62,956 nucleotides of DNA, filler included, from Octopus bimaculoides (GCF_001194135.2; 5 parts of 5 records of this genome joined end to end with filler, not necessarily neighbours in it); one strand, 5' to 3'. Positions 10,537 through 22,949 are shown, counted from the whole stretch's first letter. Translations and numbers: made by a program. Notes: generated by a model not told the origin, from the sequence alone.

Positions 10537-11142
10537 ATACAAAAAACACAGATGGTAAAAATATATATGCGAATAAAAATTACAGATATAGAGAACGGCC
10601 TATTGAAAAGGTAAATACAATCGACTAAAAATTCTAAAGCGTGTCAAGCTACTAAAATAAAATAAAATATAATATCAATCGACTAAAAAGATTTTCTTAC
10701 TTCCCTTAAATCAAAAAGTACGTCAAAAAAGTTCAGTTCATAAGAACTTTAGGGGGTTGGAGTCCACAAAAGGGTTTCACAAAGAGTTTCCTGTTCATCT
10801 TGATGAGGATTTCATTGCCGAGATGCACTTTAACCGCGGCAATGAACTTCCGAAATGGCCATAGGTGTGTTTGACTTGTTTTTGTGGAACTCTTTTTGCT
10901 CCTGGACTCCAACCAACCATGGTTTTTATGAATTGACCTTTGTTGACGTACTCTTTGATCTGAGGGGAGTAAGATAATTTTTATAGTCGATTGATATTTT
11001 ATTTTATTTTATTTAGATTTTTAGTTGCATGACACATTTTAGAATTTTTAGTCGATGGTATTTACCTTTTTGATTGGCCGTTCTATATATCGGTATTTTT
11101 ATTCGCATATATATATGTTTTTACCTTCTGTGGTTTTCGTAT
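10537..11142. repeat. Diverged inverted repeat, arms ~10537-10783 and ~10881-11142, with a ~97-bp spacer holding the hammerhead
   Basis: The left arm aligns by eye to the reverse complement of the right arm along its length (e.g. GCGAATAAAAAT, GAACGGCC, TCGACTAAAA, AGTACGTCAA, TTGGAGTCCA); roughly 80% identity estimated. Confidence 0.9.
10796..10867 (+). ncRNA. Type I hammerhead ribozyme motif (C3U core variant)
   Basis: TTGATGA (10800-10806); stem II GGA/TCC plus TTCATTGCCG/CGGCAATGAA; GAAA (10852-10855); palindromic stem III ATGGCCAT; AUA triplet, predicted cut after 10863; stem I CATC/GGTG. Confidence 0.8.
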
Positions 11143-11392
11143 TGGGTTGGTGCATAATTATTGCGGCTTTTTTTCAACAAATTTTATTCAACAAAAACAA
11201 TAACAATATTTAACAAAAACATCTTTAAATGACGGTCTGACAGTTTGCCAAGCAAATGGGAAGCAGTAATTGAAGTAGATGGTGAATATGCTCCAGAATA
11301 ATCATTTAAGGATGTTTTTGTTACATGTTGTTATTGTTTTTGTTGAACAATATTCGTTGTAAAAAAGCCGCAATAATTATGCACCAACATAA
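11142..11392 (+). mobile_element. Mariner-derived MITE with ~100-bp TIRs and TA target duplication
   Basis: TTGGGTTGGTGCATAATTATTGCGGCTTTTTT ... AAAAAAGCCGCAATAATTATGCACCAACATAA, flanked by TA at 11140-11141 and 11393-11394. The core encodes a transposase C-terminus (SLPSKWEAVIEVDGEYAPE*). Confidence 0.9.
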
Positions 11393-12427
11393 TATAGCTT
11401 GTTTCACAACTATTTGGTTCCAGGTTCAGTCCAACTGTGTGGTACTTTGCATAAGTGTCCTACTATAGCCTTGGGCCGACCAAAGCCTTGTGAGTGGATT
11501 TGGTAGACGGAAACTGAAAGAAGCCCGGCCCGTCGTATATATGTGTGTGTGTGTGCGTGTCTGAGTTTGTCTCCTCCTCATCGCTTGACACCCGAGTTGG
11601 TGTATTTACGTCCCCATAACGTAGCGGTTCGGCAAAAAGAACCGATAGAATAAGTACTAGGCTTACAGAGAATAAATCCTGGGGGTGATTTGTTCGACTA
11701 AAGGCGGTCTGCCTTCCTCTCTTTGATCTTCAGCCTTAACTAGCGAATCCTAAACCCCGACCCTATACCTAATTGGCTTTTTACGCACTTATATATTTCT
11801 TCACTTTTTACTCTTTATTTTTTTTTTTGCTTTTTCTGTATTTTTTCTTTTTTCTTTATCTTCTGTTCTCTCCCAGTTACTCACATTACTAAACCTAGTA
11901 TACTCTTTTTTTTTACTCTCTTACTTGTTTCAGTCATTTGACAGCGGCCATGCTGGAGCACCACCTTTAGTGGAGCAAATCGACCCCAGGACTTATTCTT
12001 CATTACGTTCTGAGTTCAAATTACACCGTGGTCGACTTTGCTTTCATCCTTTCGGGGTCGATAAAATTAAGTACCAGTTGCGTACTGGGGTCGATCTAAT
12101 CGACTGGGGATCCTCCCTAAAAATTTCGGGCCTTGTACCTAGAGTAGAAAGAATTATTCATTTGTTATTGTTCGTTTGGTTATAATACACAAGAGAGATT
12201 TACGATATATCGGACATCCTGGAGTATACCAACAACGTACAATCAACGTAACATGTGCTTTGGACAAACCTCTTGGCGCTAAATACACATAAGGTTGGTT
12301 TCCTCTGTGTATACAACAGGAATATTCTATTTAATATTGATCGACCATGGGTAGTGACCACAGGTTTATGCAACCCTACTTGGTACATAAATTTTCTAGT
12401 ACCCGATTTTATCTGAATCCTTATTAT

Positions 12428-12458
<31 letters not shown>

Positions 12459-13145
12459 ACACGATTACGACTTCCAGTTTCCATCTACCAAATTCACTCA
12501 GAAGGTTTTGGTTGGTCTGGAGCTATAGTAGAAGATACTTGCCCAAGGTGTCATGCACTGGGACCGAACACAGAAACAAGTGGCTGGGAAGCAAAATTCT
12601 GACCACACAATAAAATAAAATAAAAACTACCTTCCCTTCCCTTCCCCCGAGCTACGAAAAATGCATTTTTTACGCAAGTGTATCTTTAATAACAGAATGC
12701 CTGGAATCCTGTTCACAAATATATACATAAAAGCTAAATGTAGTGATTCATAAAATCTTTATTCGAGAAGTAACAGATGTTGTTTTTGAAAGGCGTTGTG
12801 GTATTATTTTGCGATTTATTGTTCATTTTTTCGTTCATTTTCCCTATATTTACTTACGTTCAACCAGTGTTGCATTTAAAAGACCCAGAATAATCTTGTT
12901 ATAGAAATTGCGTCATGGCTATCAGTAAACATTTCCATACGATTAATGTTTCACATCAATATTGCACTTGAGTGCAGGACTTATGAGAAAATAGAGCACC
13001 GAGCTAAATGCTACTAATAGCCTTGTAATATATACAAAAGTAGTGAGCCGAAAAAATCGTTAGCACGCAGAGCAAAATGCTTAGCGGTATTTCATCCGTC
13101 GTTACGTTGTAAGTTCATATTCCGCTGGGGGTCAGCTTTGCCTTT

Positions 13146-14540
13146 TAGCTCCTTTCATCTTCACGGGATCGTTGAAAAGTACCATTTGAGCAATAGGGCC
13201 GTTGTAATGGGGAATACGGGATTTTTGGTATGATGCAGTGCCGTCCAGTTCGAGGATTGGTATAACTGTCAATTCCAAAATTGGGAGTTAAAACTTTCAA
13301 GATCTTCCAAATATATATCATTGCATATCTCTCTCGTCTTCTCTCCGAGGAATAGAGACTCAGCTCCTTTAACCTCCCCCAGTAGCCCATCTTTTGCATC
13401 AAGTCAGTCTTCTTTGTGTATTGGCGCTGGATTGCTTCAAGATCCACAATTTGTTTCACACTCTCTAGGGACCATAGTTGGGTGCAGTAGCCCAAGCGGC
13501 TTAGAACGAAAGTCTTCCATAGGAGTTGCAGGGCCTCCTTTTCCTGGTTCTGAATGTCCTCAGCATCCATCCAGCCACTCGCCTGCACAGTGTTACCGTT
13601 TTGGTAGTATGCACATGGAATGTTGTACCATTGCTCATGTGAACTCCCAGGTCACGCAGCGACTCTGACTCTAGGATCGTATTACCTTTAGGTCCAGTGT
13701 ATTCCGATTTTAGCCTGGCGTTGGACCGATAGTGGAGTGCTTGTAANNNNNNNNNNNNNNNNNNNNNNNNNNNNNNNNNNNNNNNNNNNNNNNNNNNNNN
13801 NNNNNNNNNNNNNNNNNNNNNNNNNNNNNNNNNNNNNNNNNNNNNNNNNNNNNNNNNNNNNNNNNNNNNNNNNNNNNNNNNNNNNNNNNNNNNNNNNNNN
13901 NNNNNNNNNNNNNNNNNNNNNNNNNNNNNNNNNNNNNNNNNNNNNNNNNNNNNNNNNNNNNNNNNNNNNNNNNNNNNNNNNNNNNNNNNNNNNNNNNNNN
14001 NNNNNNNNNNNNNNNNNNNNNNNNNNNNNNNNNNNNNNNNNNNNNNNNNNNNNNNNNNNNNNNNNNNNNNNNNNNNNNNNNNNNNNNNNNNNNNNNNNNN
14101 NNNNNNNNNNNNNNNNNNNNNNNNNNNNNNNNNNNNNNNNNNNNNNNNNNNNNNNNNNNNNNNNNNNNNNNNNNNNNNNNNNNNNNNNNNNNNNNNNNNN
14201 NNNNNNNNNNNNNNNNNNNNNNNNNNNNNNNNNNNNNNNNNNNNNNNNNNNNNNNNNNNNNNNNNNNNNNNNNNNNNNNNNNNNNNNNNNNNNNNNNNNN
14301 NNNNNNNNNNNNNNNNNNNNNNNNNNNNNNNNNNNNNNNNNNNNNNNNNNNNNNNNNNNNNNNNNNNNNNNNNNNNNNNNNNNNNNNNNNNNNNNNNNNN
14401 NNNNNNNNNNNNNNNNNNNNNNNNNNNNNNNNNNNNNNNNNNNNNNNNNNNNAATTGTCTTCCAGCTTTGAAATAGAATATGTCCAGAATCGTTTTCCAT
14501 TAAACCAAACTGTTCCTTCCGATACCCATATTGTTCATTT
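13146..14540 (-). mobile_element. 5'-truncated CR1/L2-group LINE, RT C-terminal region (partly in gap)
   Basis: LWKTFVLSRLGYCTQLWS...LEAIQRQYTK...YWGRLKELSLYSSERRRERY matches the CR1/L2-type post-RT motif (LVRPxLEYC...LYSLERRR). Confidence 0.85.
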
Positions 14541-15364
14541 TGTACATTTTTAGTTCGTCAAAGACATAAAACTGGAAAAATATTTCTTCAAAATTCTGTT
14601 TTTCTAAGATATTGATCGTAACACTTTGGCACCCGTCCTAAAGGAAGAAATGATGCTTTACTGAAGTCAAATAAAACTAGAAATTCTTTTGTTTTATGTT
14701 TTTGGTCAGTTTAGAAGTTCAACTTCTTTTTCTATCATTATATTTAGGAGTAGCTGAGTGGTAAAAAGTTTGGTTCCCAACCACAATAGCTCTAGGGATC
14801 CACATAGTGATCTCTCATATTGTTTACGTTTAAATAGAATTCACGGTCCTCGGACGTTTTTAAAGTATGCTGACCAATAGTTGAAAGTGATATTATTTAA
14901 TAATCTTAATTTCTACTCTTCTTATTTAATTTCATATATCTGTGTTCTCTAGCCAGTTGATTCACTGCTGAATGTCATTCATTTGCAGTCATTTTCTGGT
15001 TTAATTTTTGTGTTTATATTTTACGATGTATTAGAATCTTTTGTTCATTAAAAAACAAACAAACGGAAAAACACATTTCAAATCGTTTCTGTCATTAATT
15101 TTTTCAGTGAACTACAGTCCGATGTTATTGTTAGTTTCGTGTTGTTTAAAATGAAATAGAATTTGACTGGCTTTCTTTACCATATCATTTCCCCTTCCGC
15201 AAAGTAAAAAAAAAAGTACTCCGAAATGCAACAGAAGTGGTGTGTTATGTGATATTGCTTCTTAGGCCCCGTGATGGTGGTAATATTGTTGATGCAGGGT
15301 CATGTGTTACAAACTGTACGACTTCCTTGTTGTACTACAAAAGACATGTAAAATTCACTCACTC

Positions 15365-16075
15365 ATTCCCCACCATCCAACTTCTCCTGTTTCGCTCAAC
15401 ACCTCCACCGTCTATGCCATCCCAAGCGATTTTCCTCTCACTCACGCTGAACGAGCTTTACTTAGCAGAGGTCTTAATTTAATTCCTCTCAAAATCACGC
15501 CCGGTGAATTCGACGCACGCGCCAATACAGAAAGTTTCCTTCCTCGGATCCAACTCAGGGCATTTTTCTACAACAAAAGCCCAGTTCCTCCAATTGAGGA
15601 CGACTTTACTACGCTCAAAAAGAGTTTCTCCAACTGGACACCAAACCTAGGATTACACCGTTTGGTAGATATATTCATTAATAAATGCCGTTTCGATCTC
15701 GTTACTTTCAATTTAGATAGAAAACCAAGCATTTCGAACCTTCCCCCATCGGAACTGGACGCCCTCCGGAAGCTCCGCTAACGTAAGGACATTGTTATTA
15801 AGCTAGCCGACAAAAGGAGCGCCGTTGTTGTTTGGCGAGCCGACCTTTATAGAAAAGGAATACTCCACCAACTCAGCGACCTCCAGATACTACATGAAGA
15901 TACCATTACTAGAGGAATGTTTCGACCACTGTCCATCAGCTGGTCTTTTCTGGTTCACTGCCACGCACTGCCACCAACCTCATTGTCACCACACCCCGAA
16001 CTTCCACTGTCTATTTCGTCCTTAAAATACATAAACAACATAATTCCGGCCGCCCTATTGTCGACTTTTTCTTTT
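15365..16075 (+). mobile_element. Decayed Penelope-like element fragment (pre-RT region and start of RT)
   Basis: LTHAERALLSRGLNLIP...NLPPSELDALRKL*RKDIVIKLADKRSAVVVW...HQLSD and TPRTSTVYFVLKIHKQHNSGRPIV, matching the PLE pattern DIVIKPADKGGAVVV / PxFYxLPKIHKxxxPGRPIV. Confidence 0.85.
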
Positions 16076-17002
16076 ATCCTTTCGGAGTCGATGAATAAAG
16101 TACCAGTGAAACATTGCGGTCGATGTAATCGACTAGTCCTCCCCCACACCAAATTTCAGACCTTATGCCTTTAGTAGAAAGGATTATTATTATTATTATC
16201 GCTATCCATGTGCCAAAATTTGAAACTATCATACCTGTGAAACACTGGGACGATGTAATCGACTTAATTCCCTTACCCAATCTGCTCTTGTGACAAAAAT
16301 TTAAAATCATTATTATCTGTCTAGGCTTAATAATCGATAAATTGCTTTTATTCACTAACAACAAACCTGAAAATTTGTGACGCAATTTAGTATATAACTA
16401 TGTAATATTCGATTTGTCAATATCGATGTTTTTCAATGCCAAATATGAAGTCAACTGATTCACAGATGTTTTAATGACAGCATTTTTATATTGGATTATG
16501 AGATAAATTCGCCTTTTTTTTGTCTGCTATCCATTTAAAAAACATTCTTTCCAATGTCATTTGAATTAACTCGAAAATACTTTTATCGTACTACATGTTT
16601 TTGTTTTTGTTGGTATGCTTTCCCTCTGCAGCTGTCGATTATCGATTTTGAAAATTGAATAAACTTTGTCTTACTTTTCAGACATGTGGCAATGGTGTAC
16701 CATGTAGAAAAAAAGGACTTACGACTTTATCTGACAACCCAACACATTGCTACCGTTGAGGATCTGTAGGTCTATTGTGAAGCAAGTCAATGACTCGCTG
16801 GCCTATGATCATGTTGATCTATAATTATATTCAATAGCATCCCAAAAGTACTAGTTTAGGGCGTCGAGTCGGTGGGATCATTTGCGCGTCGAACAAGACG
16901 TGTTGCAGTAATTGTTCCGGTGAGTTCAAATCCCGGAGATGTCATCTTTATCCTTCATTCCAAAACTGATGACTAAAGTACCAGCCTAGGGTTTGGGAGG
17001 AG

Positions 17003-17835
17003 GCACATGGCCTTGTGGTTAGAATGTTGCACTGGCGAGCGCAGGATCGTGGTTTTGATTTCCGGAGCAGGGTGTGCGCAGTGTTCTTAAGCAAAACACT
17101 TCATTTCAAGTTATTCCTGGCCACTCAACTGCAAATGAGTAAACCCGCGACGCACTGGTATACTGTTCAGTTACTTATATGCCACGGAAAGCGGGTAATC
17201 GGCCCTTTGAGTTCTAGAACTCGAGGCAGTACTGTCCAAGGAACTTTCTTTACTTTTACTAGGATGGTGGATTGGCAGAATAGTTGAAGCGTCGGGCGGG
17301 ATGTCTTGTGCTACTTGTGTTCTAAGTTCAAATCTCACCATAGCCTACTCGCCCAGTTTATCACCAATATCTGGTCCTTGGATATCGTTTGCAAAGAAGT
17401 CCAGTGTTTCAAAGACCCATCCTTCTCTCTCCCTCTCCCACCAGTCTCGGAGGCCCCGTGGAAGGTCAGGGCAATGTATTTTCCTCCCGACTAAAGTATT
17501 AACCCTTTGTCTGTTCACTAAGTATCAGAGGGTCACCGGGGTCGATATAATCGATTTTCTCTCTCCCTCTCTCTCTTTCTCCTAAAATTTCTGTGTGCCA
17601 AAATTCGAAACCACTACCATTGCGAAGGCGAGTGGGCCCGCGGTTAGAGTGTTGCACTCACAATCGCAAGATCGTGGTTTCGATTCGTGGACCGAGAAGT
17701 GCGTTGTGTTTTTGAGCAAAAATACTTCCTTTCACGTTACTTCAGTCCACTCATCTGTGAACGAGTAAACCTCTGACTCACTGGCGTCCCGTCCAGGAGA
17801 ACGTTATGATCTCGTTCACTTCTAGGCCATGGAAA
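17003..17835 (+). mobile_element. Two copies of tRNA-derived SINE family C (~17003-17225, ~17625-17835) with a family B copy between them
   Basis: tRNA-like head (TGGCCTTGTGGTTAG ... GGTTTCGATTC) followed by GAGCAAAA-ACTT-TTTCACGTT-CAGTCCACTCA, a CORE/V-like central motif. Confidence 0.75.
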
Positions 17836-17914
17836 CTGGATTCTTAGGATTAGACAAAGTAATTCCCAGCTGTTGATGAAGAAGATTATAATGTTTATTA
17901 TTATGGCAGAAACC

Positions 17915-18128
17915 AAGGCGGCGAGCTGGCGGACTCATTAGCATGCCGGGGAAAATGCTTACCGGTATTTCGTCTGTCTTTACGTGCTGAGTTCAAATTC
18001 TGCCGAGGTCGACTTTGCCGTTTATCTTTCGGGGTCGATAAATTAAGTACCAGTGGAGTACTTAGGTCGATCTAATCACCTGGCACCCTCCTACCAAATT
18101 TCAGGCCTTGCGCCTATAGAAAAGATTA
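17915..18128 (+). mobile_element. Full-length tRNA-derived SINE, family B (central motif resembles the Deu/Nin domain)
   Basis: GGCGGCGAGCTGGC...GAGTTCAAATTC (B-box)...GTCGACTTTGCC...TCGGGGTCGATAAATTAAGTACCAG. Other copies at ~12001-12160(+), 13040-13145(+), 16860-16990(+), 17262-17620(+), 23700-23935(-), 26430-26635(-), 26640-26865(-), 32625-32760(+), 55871-56090(+), 59470-59590(+). Confidence 0.9.
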
Positions 18129-18164
18129 TTGTGGAGACCCTCGCTAGTTTCTTCCGATTTTAGA

Positions 18165-18478
18165 TTTCTTCTATGTTGTTGTTTGTTCCTTCTCGCGCCA
18201 TGTCTGGTTCATAAGGACCGGTTTCCCGGGCATATAGGTTCCCCACATGGACGGGGCGCCGGTCCATCGCGGGTGAGCTGCTAAATGCAGGACGAAAGAT
18301 TGAGAGAAAGTTGTGTTGAAAGAGTCAGAAGAAGTTCGCCATTACCTTCTGCCGGAGCCGCGTGGAGCTTAGGTGTTTCGCTCATAAACACACACACACA
18401 TCGCCCGGTCTGAGATTCGAACCCACCATCCTTCGACCGCGAGTCCGCTGCTCTAGCCAGTAGGCCATCTGCTTCCAC
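18165..18478 (-). mobile_element. tRNA(Arg)-like SINE, family D
   Basis: Minus strand GCAGATGGCCTACTGGCTAGAGCAGCGGACTCGCGGTCGAAGGATGGTGGGTTCGAATCTC, continuing into a non-tRNA body without a poly-T terminator. Confidence 0.75.
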
Positions 18479-18721
18479 TTCTATATTACTGATACTTATT
18501 TTTTTCTTCCATTTCGGATTTACTGAAGCAATTTACTCCGATCTATACCATTTCTGCTGCCAGTTCCCTGTTTTTTTCTTAGACGTTAATTGAGGTTTAT
18601 GGATTCTTTTCTCTTTGTAAGATTACTACAACGAAACTTGTAGCTAGTGTTAAGTGCTTTGTTATGTCACCGTATTTAGATAATAATACTAAAATTGTAT
18701 TTTCTGTTTTCAAATGTAGCG

Positions 18722-18821
18722 NNNNNNNNNNNNNNNNNNNNNNNNNNNNNNNNNNNNNNNNNNNNTTAATTAATTAANNNNNNNNNNNNNNNNNNNNNNN
18801 NNNNNNNNNNNNNNNNNNNNN
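18722..18821. other. Assembly join marker N44-TTAATTAATTAA-N44 (also 27987-28086, 38219-38318, 57633-57732)
   Basis: Identical 100-bp layout four times; the spacer gives stop codons in all six frames. Confidence 0.95.
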
Positions 18822-19404
18822 AAATTAAAAGGGTAAAGGATTATCAATTTATTAATTTATTAATAAATCAACAATTAATAATTTTTACCAAGCCCTTCGG
18901 TATGTAAGCACCATTATCGGTGAAGAACTTATTTAAAAGTTCAATATATTTATAAACATAATTAAGGGATCAGCAAATATTTGCTTCACCACATACCGAA
19001 GTTCAGAAATAGCAGCTAAAAAAGCTGAGACTCCAACAGATAGCATTACTTGTAACTCACAAAGGCAAAAGCAAGAAGAAAAAACAATGAAAACTAACCA
19101 TTCCGAAGATTAATCGGTATGTGTGTGTATATATATATATACATATATACATATATATATTAAGGCTTACGTGACTCGCTCCCTCATTTTTTTCCTTGCT
19201 CCCTACTTTGCACCCAATCTGCCGCAACCATTTCCTTCTTCCTTTTTTTCTTCTCCTCCTGCTCTCTCTCTTCACTCCCTCTATTTCGCTCTCACTTCTC
19301 CTCCTTTTCGTCCTCTTTCTTTCTCCCCCACTTCCCTCACAAACATAATTATCTTTAAAGAAAGTGGATATTGATGCGCTATACCAAAAGAAACCAACAT
19401 AAAA

Positions 19405-19416
19405 TATTTTTACTGC

Positions 19417-19450
<34 letters not shown>

Positions 19451-19753
19451 ACAGCAACAGCAACAGCAGCAACAACAAGAACAGTAATAACAACGAATGC
19501 AATGACGTATGTGTATATGACGTGTGTGTTTGAGAAAATTATTCGAGTGATTGTGTGCAAATTTAATTTGTATTCGTGCGTGTGTGCATATATACACACA
19601 CACACATTATCTTCGTACGTATGCGTTTACACACACACGCAATGCCATTGATGGACAACGACACACCTTGTATCTACGCGAGATAATCAGTATCTGCATT
19701 ACAGAATTGACTAAAAAAAAATTTCATAATTCATAATTACATTATTTTTATTA

Positions 19754-19803
<50 letters not shown>

Positions 19804-19825
19804 AATAATAATAATAATAATATTG

Positions 19826-19887
<62 letters not shown>

Positions 19888-19953
19888 GAAGATGTCGCAC
19901 AGTATCCAATACTGTGATGTTGATTAGAGTTATTGTGTATCATTATTATTGTT

Positions 19954-19989
<36 letters not shown>

Positions 19990-20020
19990 ACTATAAATTG
20001 TTGTTGTTGTTGTCGCCGTT
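19405..20020. repeat. Compound trinucleotide microsatellite region: (TAG)n, (CAG/CAA)n, (ATT)n-(AAT)n-(ATT)n, (GTT)n
   Basis: Directly visible. Confidence 0.95.
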
Positions 20021-21220
20021 ATTATTTGGTGGTTGATAGAAATCAAAATTAATATTTAGAAAGACTTTATTAATATTTTGCAGGGTAATAGCTGAACAAT
20101 CGAACACCACAATACACGTTGATATTTCGCTCGAATGAGTGAACAATACATGTTTAGATTAACAATAAGCGTTTTATATTTTTCTAATGAAGTGTGGATG
20201 ACCACACAAACGACAGATATGAGAGATAATCAAACGAAAGTCGTTCACTTAAGTTAGTAATTATGAAGACAAATAATAATCTTTTGAAAATATTGCAGTC
20301 TGCCCTTTCACGGCATCGCACACGCGTACGCACACACATGCATAATACATATATAATACATACATGCATACATAGATACATACATACATACATACATATA
20401 TACATACAGTACATATATATAATACGGACACATACACGCACACATACACATGAATAAATGAATATGCGTATATATATATCTTTATATATGCATGCGTATT
20501 ATTATATTAATGTTTGTTGTCTTGTATAGATATATAACAGCCGAGCATTAAATCGAACGTTCATTCAATAATTTTCGGTAAAGCGCCATATTCATTACTG
20601 CAAGAAGAAGGTTAATTGTGACTTCGAAGTTTCGGGTTACTTGTATTAATCAGACAATGGCTTTGTTTTTTTTTCAAGCCTTGTATATAGATTTACTCTG
20701 TATTTTTCTGTTCTTTCTTTACTTGTTTCAGCCATTTGACTGCGGCCATACTGGGGCACCGCCTTGAAGAATTTTTATTCGAATATATTGACCCCCCTAT
20801 ACTTATTTTTAAAAGTCCGGTACTTATTCGATCAATCTTTTCCTGAACGGTTAGATTACGGGGACGTAAACACACCAACACCAGTTGCCAAATGGTGGTG
20901 GAAGAACAAACACAAACATAAATACAAGCACACATGCGCACGCGCGTACACACACACACACACACGCATATATATACACAGTATATACACATATATACGA
21001 CAGGCTTTTTTTAGTTTCCGTCTATCAAATCCACTCAGAAGGCTTTGGTTGCACCGCGGCTATAGTAGAAGATTCTTGCCCAATGTATTCATTTTGTATG
21101 AAATTATGTACGTATATTGGATGTTATTTCATATACATGTATTTGTCTATGTTGTTCTAATACATGCTTGGCTACTGGAACATAAACATGTGTCTGGGAC
21201 TTCCCTTATATGTACACGTA

Positions 21221-21285
<65 letters not shown>

Positions 21286-22068
21286 NNNNNNNNNNNNNNN
21301 NNNNNNNNNNNNNNNNNNNNNNNNNNNNNNNNNNNNNNNNNNNNNNNNNNNNNNNNNNNNNNNNNNNNNNNNNNNNNNNNNNNNNNNNNNNNNNNNNNNN
21401 NNNNNNNNNNNNNNNNNNNNNNNNNNNNNNNNNNNNNNNNNNNNNNNNNNNNNNNNNNNNNNNNNNNNNNNNNNNNNNNNNNNNNNNNNNNNNNNNNNNN
21501 NNNNNNNNNNNNNNNNNNNNNNNNNNNNNNNNNNNNNNNNNNNNNNNNNNNNNNNNNNNNNNNNNNNNNNNNNNNNNNNNNNNNNNNNNNNNNNNNNNNN
21601 NNNNNNNNNNNNNNNNNNNNNNNNNNNNNNNNNNNNNNNNNNNNNNNNNNNNNNNNNNNNNNNNNNNNNNNNNNNNNNNNNNNNNNNNNNNNNNNNNNNN
21701 NNNNNNNNNNNNNNNNNNNNNNNNNNNNNNNNNNNNNNNNNNNNNNNNNNNNNNNNNNNNNNNNNNNNNNNNNACCCCTAAGTTACGGGGACACAAACAC
21801 ACCAACACCGTTTGTCAAGTGGTGGAGGGGGAACAAGCATAGACACAAAGATACTTACACACACAAACACGTACACATAAACTTACACACAAACACACAC
21901 ACATATATATACGACGGGCTTCTTTCAGTTTTCGCCTACAAAATCCACTCACAAGGCTTTGGACGGCCTGTAGCTAATATAGTAGAAGACACTTGCCCAA
22001 GGTACCACACAATGGGACTGAACATACATACATACATACATACATACATGAATACATGCATGCATACA

Positions 22069-22102
<34 letters not shown>

Positions 22103-22737
22103 CATATTTCTACATTTCGGTTGTAAAATTGCGAATTAGCCACCCATATAATTTTCAGTTTTACTGTTTATGAAATCAGCGCATGATTTCAACGGAAATC
22201 TTACAAACTAACAAGGTGAGATGAGTTTAACCCTAGCCGCGGTGAGAACCAGCGATGAGCATTAAGAAGCGTAAGCATCAAAATGTAAAATCATTGATGC
22301 TCTGGCTATATCTGCTGCTCTAGGGAGCTAGGCCCCCTTGTCAGTGGTTAAGATAGTAGTTCTGTGGCTATTGAGTTGTTTTGACTCTTACTTTTAGCAA
22401 TACTCTTGCTGACTAGTGCCCTTTCTCACTTTAGTGACTCACACGCACACACACATGTGTATATACATACACAGTACATCTGTCAGAGGCATGAAAGTAT
22501 ACTAGCCCTTATATATTTAATACTCAATATTTCATATATTCAATAAGACATTCAATACTTCATTTCATTTTACTATTTATATTATATATTCCATATTCTA
22601 TATCCCACATTAATTTTACACGAATATAAATAAAACATAAAAAAACAGACAAAGTTGGAACTCTTTTAAATAATATATTCCTCTATACACGATCATACAA
22701 AACCCTTTTTTTAATTTTAATTTTTATTTTTATTCAC

Positions 22738-22799
<62 letters not shown>

Positions 22800-22887
22800 N
22801 NNNNNNNNNNNNNNNNNNNNNNNNNNNNNNNNNNNNNNNNNNNNNNNNNNNNNNNNNNNNNNNNNNNNNNNNNNNATTTTTATTCAC

Positions 22888-22949
<62 letters not shown>

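Noticed and set aside
15914-15945. Minus-strand CTGATG-GAC-AGTG-GTC-GAAA hammerhead look-alike
   Set aside because: It lacks A9, stem I has at most 2 bp, and it is antisense within a PLE RT coding region; probably chance.
18400-18478. tRNA-like sequences here and at the heads of other repeats
   Set aside because: They run into SINE bodies, have no complete acceptor stem or terminator, and recur as dispersed repeats.
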